Assembly (NCBI GenBank): GCA_001770205.1
Contig: MEQL01000025.1
Location: forward strand, 62,001 to 120,452
DNA: 58,452 bases
Direction of reading: 5' to 3'
Source of the DNA: Bdellovibrionales bacterium RIFOXYD12_FULL_39_22
GTDB taxonomy: Bacteria; Bdellovibrionota; Bacteriovoracia; Bacteriovoracales; Bacteriovoracaceae
In this document: piece by piece, positions 56,026 through 58,452 of the stretch
Position numbering within the stretch: position 1 is the first letter of the stretch
Layout: every line of letters starts with the position of its first letter
Notes under the pieces: model-generated
Seen by the model: the letters and a program-made list of their open reading frames with translations, nothing else
What the model was told of the DNA's origin: nothing
Database searches by the model: none
Made by a program: the position numbers and the translations under genes

Positions 56026-57234
56026 CTAGAGCAGCTCGCTTAAATAAGTTCTAAGATTTGTGCTTGAATTACTTATTTTTAGTTTTCGCCGAATATTCTT
56101 TTTATGCGTAGTCACTGTTGCATAAGAAATATTCATAATTTCTGCTATTTTTTTACTCAAATTTCCAACTTTTACTAACCGACAAATTTCTATTTCAGTA
56201 GGCGTTAGATTGTATTTTAAATTAACAATTTTCCTATAGAAATCACTTGTTATATTGTTTAAGTTAGATTTTAAAAGTTCCACATCCGAGGCAACCGGCC
56301 CATCAATTAATGGAATAATATTTTTTTCAATATTCAAAGCAATATTCTCTTTAATGGCGGCCTTTTCTTCTTCTAGTCTAGACAAAACGTTTTTCAAAGT
56401 GACATTGGCATCCTGTAATTTTTGGCGTTCATCAATAATCTCTTGAGCATTAATTAAACGCTCAACTGTTTTGCTAATATTATCGCTGATTGCATCAAGT
56501 AAATGAACCTCTTCTTTAAAAAAAGGTCCCTGATCTGCTTGGGGGAAATTGCGCTCGTAATAAACTTCAATCCGCCCAACCACGGCCCCATTTACTATTA
56601 AATTTCGTGAAAGGCCCCAGCGACTTTCCACAAAATTGTCAGTATTGTAGCTATGATCTTGAAATGTAATTTTACAAGAAGCAAATTCCTTAAAGTTAAG
56701 GCCATTTATAACTATTTGCGGAGTATCTTTTAAAATATCCGAGGCCGTAACCTGCGGGCGTTGTACTAACTTAGAAAAAGCATACAAACAATCAAGTTCA
56801 CTATTTCGCTTTTTGAGTTTGTAAATCAATTGATCTTTTTCTATCTCTGCCATTTTTCGCTCAGTAATATCGCGGCCAGTAAGCACTTCCCCTATAATTA
56901 GTCCATCATCGTTACGAATTTTTTTACGCCACCAGGACATTAATCTAGGGACTCCATCTTTTCGTTCCTGCCAATTAATTACACAAAAAACTTGCTCACT
57001 ATCTTTTAAAACTGGCTGAATGTTTTTGTAATCTTCGGTTGGATTATGTAAAAAATAGGAAATCTCCTTACCAATAGCATTCTCTCCAAAGAAATTTATA
57101 CCAGCACGATTCATCCAGGTATAAACTCGATTGTTATCTACTGTGCAAATTATTTCCGCCACTGAATTTAATAGAATTTTTGTATCAAATGGGAACATAC
57201 AAAACAAAATAGTCTGCTTGTACAATTTAGTCAA
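56026..57234 (-). CDS. PAS/PAC sensor + LuxR-type HTH transcriptional regulator
   Basis: PAC 'RKDG...W...GRDITERK'; GAF-like 'GPFFKEE..LL'; HTH 'LTPTEIEIC...SKKIAEIMNISYATVTTHKKNIRRKL'. Confidence 0.9.
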   Translation of the reverse strand: MTKLYKQTILFCMFPFDTKILLNSVAEIICTVDNNRVYTWMNRAGINFFGENAIGKEISYFLHNPTEDYKNIQPVLKDSEQVFCVINWQERKDGVPRLMSWWRKKIRNDDGLIIGEVLTGRDITERKMAEIEKDQLIYKLKKRNSELDCLYAFSKLVQRPQVTASDILKDTPQIVINGLNFKEFASCKITFQDHSYNTDNFVESRWGLSRNLIVNGAVVGRIEVYYERNFPQADQGPFFKEEVHLLDAISDNISKTVERLINAQEIIDERQKLQDANVTLKNVLSRLEEEKAAIKENIALNIEKNIIPLIDGPVASDVELLKSNLNNITSDFYRKIVNLKYNLTPTEIEICRLVKVGNLSKKIAEIMNISYATVTTHKKNIRRKLKISNSSTNLRTYLSELL

Positions 57235-57328
57235 TTACCATAAAAAAATTGCCCCTAATTTGCCTCCTCCCCCCATATTTAATTATACATACCCTGGACT
57301 GATCTCTACAATCACCCTCGGAGAAATT

Positions 57329-57997
57329 ATGAAACAAACTCATTTAGAAGCATTGGCCAAAGAATACTCCTTCGGAGAAGAGTTAGTTAACAGTATAACC
57401 CATGGATTCGGCACTATCTTTGGAATCATTGCACTCGTTTTAATGTTACTCCGAGCAATAGATATGCAGCAAGGAGCAGTACTTGCTAGTGCTATCATCT
57501 ACGGAACTTCGATAATCCTTCTCTTTCTAGCATCGACCCTTTACCACGCAATACCATATCAAACAGCAAAACAGTTTTTTAAAAAAGTTGATCACGCAGC
57601 AATCTACCTGATGATAGCCGGATCATATACTCCATATCTTCTTATTACACTTAAAGGAGTGTTAAGTCCGGTCTGGCCACTTTCAGTTTGGGGTCTGGCC
57701 GTAATAGGTGTTTTTTACAAACTTTTCTTTATTCACAAATTTCGTCGCCTTGGACTTATCAGCTATCTCGGCATGGGATGGATCTCCATCATGATTATTC
57801 GCCCTCTCTATTCGCACTTAGAGCTTTGGGGGTTCTTACTGCTCTTTATTGGTGGACTAATATACAGCCTTGGTGTTTTTTTCTATGTGGCAGATAATAA
57901 AATTCCCTACAACCACTCTATATGGCATTTCTTTGTCCTCGGCGGATCAGTTACACAGTTTTTTTCAATCTACAAATTTGTGATGTCTGGCCGATAA
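57329..57997 (+). CDS. Hemolysin III / PAQR family membrane protein (TrhA/YqfA-like)
   Basis: 'EELVNSITHG', 'STLYH', 'DHAAIYLMIAGSYTP', 'HSIWHFFVLGG'; GGAG RBS before ATG 57329. Confidence 0.93.
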   Translation: MKQTHLEALAKEYSFGEELVNSITHGFGTIFGIIALVLMLLRAIDMQQGAVLASAIIYGTSIILLFLASTLYHAIPYQTAKQFFKKVDHAAIYLMIAGSYTPYLLITLKGVLSPVWPLSVWGLAVIGVFYKLFFIHKFRRLGLISYLGMGWISIMIIRPLYSHLELWGFLLLFIGGLIYSLGVFFYVADNKIPYNHSIWHFFVLGGSVTQFFSIYKFVMSGR

Positions 57998-58139
57998 AAG
58001 ATCACCTTCCTTGACTGCCTTGCTGTATTCCCTATCGTTTGCACCAATGAACTAAAGTTCCTTGGCAGAATTTTCCTCCTAATTCAACTTTAAGCATATT
58101 CATTTATACTTTTATTGTACTCTTTTTACTGGAGATAAT

Positions 58140-58424
58140 TTGCTTTTAAAAATTTTTCATCTCCTTATGGTGGCCACTCTTTGGATTACGCTTACGACGG
58201 CACATGCCCAGAGCATCCTCGATAGTGCCCAATATCTTTTTTTTGAACCAGGAGATAACACCCGTCTAAGCGTTGATATAGGGTTTAAAAACATTTCTGT
58301 AGATAAATCAGCAGAAATAGTTGCTCAAACGTTAGGTGGAAAAATAGAAAAAAGAAACACTGTTGATTATATTTTGCAAGAGATAAAATGTAAGGCTTTC
58401 ACAGCAGTCAGTGATTTAGTCTGA
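58140..58424 (+). CDS. Short secreted protein, possibly a truncated amidoligase-like N-terminus
   Basis: GGAG RBS, signal peptide 'AHA'; 'RLSVDIGFKNISVDKSAEIVAQTLGG'. Confidence 0.4.
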   Translation: MLLKIFHLLMVATLWITLTTAHAQSILDSAQYLFFEPGDNTRLSVDIGFKNISVDKSAEIVAQTLGGKIEKRNTVDYILQEIKCKAFTAVSDLV

Positions 58425-58452
58425 TTTATCTGCCATCCTTGAAAAATAGTTA

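Overview
AT-rich (roughly 35-40% GC, estimated by eye) bacterial chromosomal window. It is probably from a Bdellovibrionota (Bacteriovoracia-like) organism; this is inferred from the many Cys-rich secreted proteins and lipoproteins, a lipobox followed by an 'RSIAS' motif, sigma28-type promoters and an orphan TadA/CpaF. Recognisable genes: cydAB-DUF4492, an HmcB/HybA + NrfD/HybB + 13-heme + 6-heme cytochrome c operon, dinB, a K+-independent membrane H+-pyrophosphatase, a lysine 6-aminotransferase-like enzyme, two L,D-transpeptidase-family paralogues, a NatAB/CPBP ABC exporter, TadA/CpaF, a PAS-LuxR regulator and hemolysin III. The best candidate for an undescribed system is a minimal RiPP cluster on the minus strand (33660-36875): a sigma54-type promoter, an unannotated 28-aa peptide with a strong RBS (MGRRTEINIGAILPPITIIESTFFQTLK), a long hairpin, a stand-alone YcaO and a peptidase-less ABC exporter. 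Other signals are strong GGCC over-representation with a GGCC-poor segment, several secreted proteins with cryptic catalytic motifs (palm/GGDEF-like, ADP-ribosyltransferase-like, caspase/gingipain-like, MepA-like, protein glutaminase), possible near-cognate start codons and a possible -1 frameshift. I saw no rRNA, tRNA, CRISPR array or transposase. All family calls come from reading motifs by eye; no database search was run.
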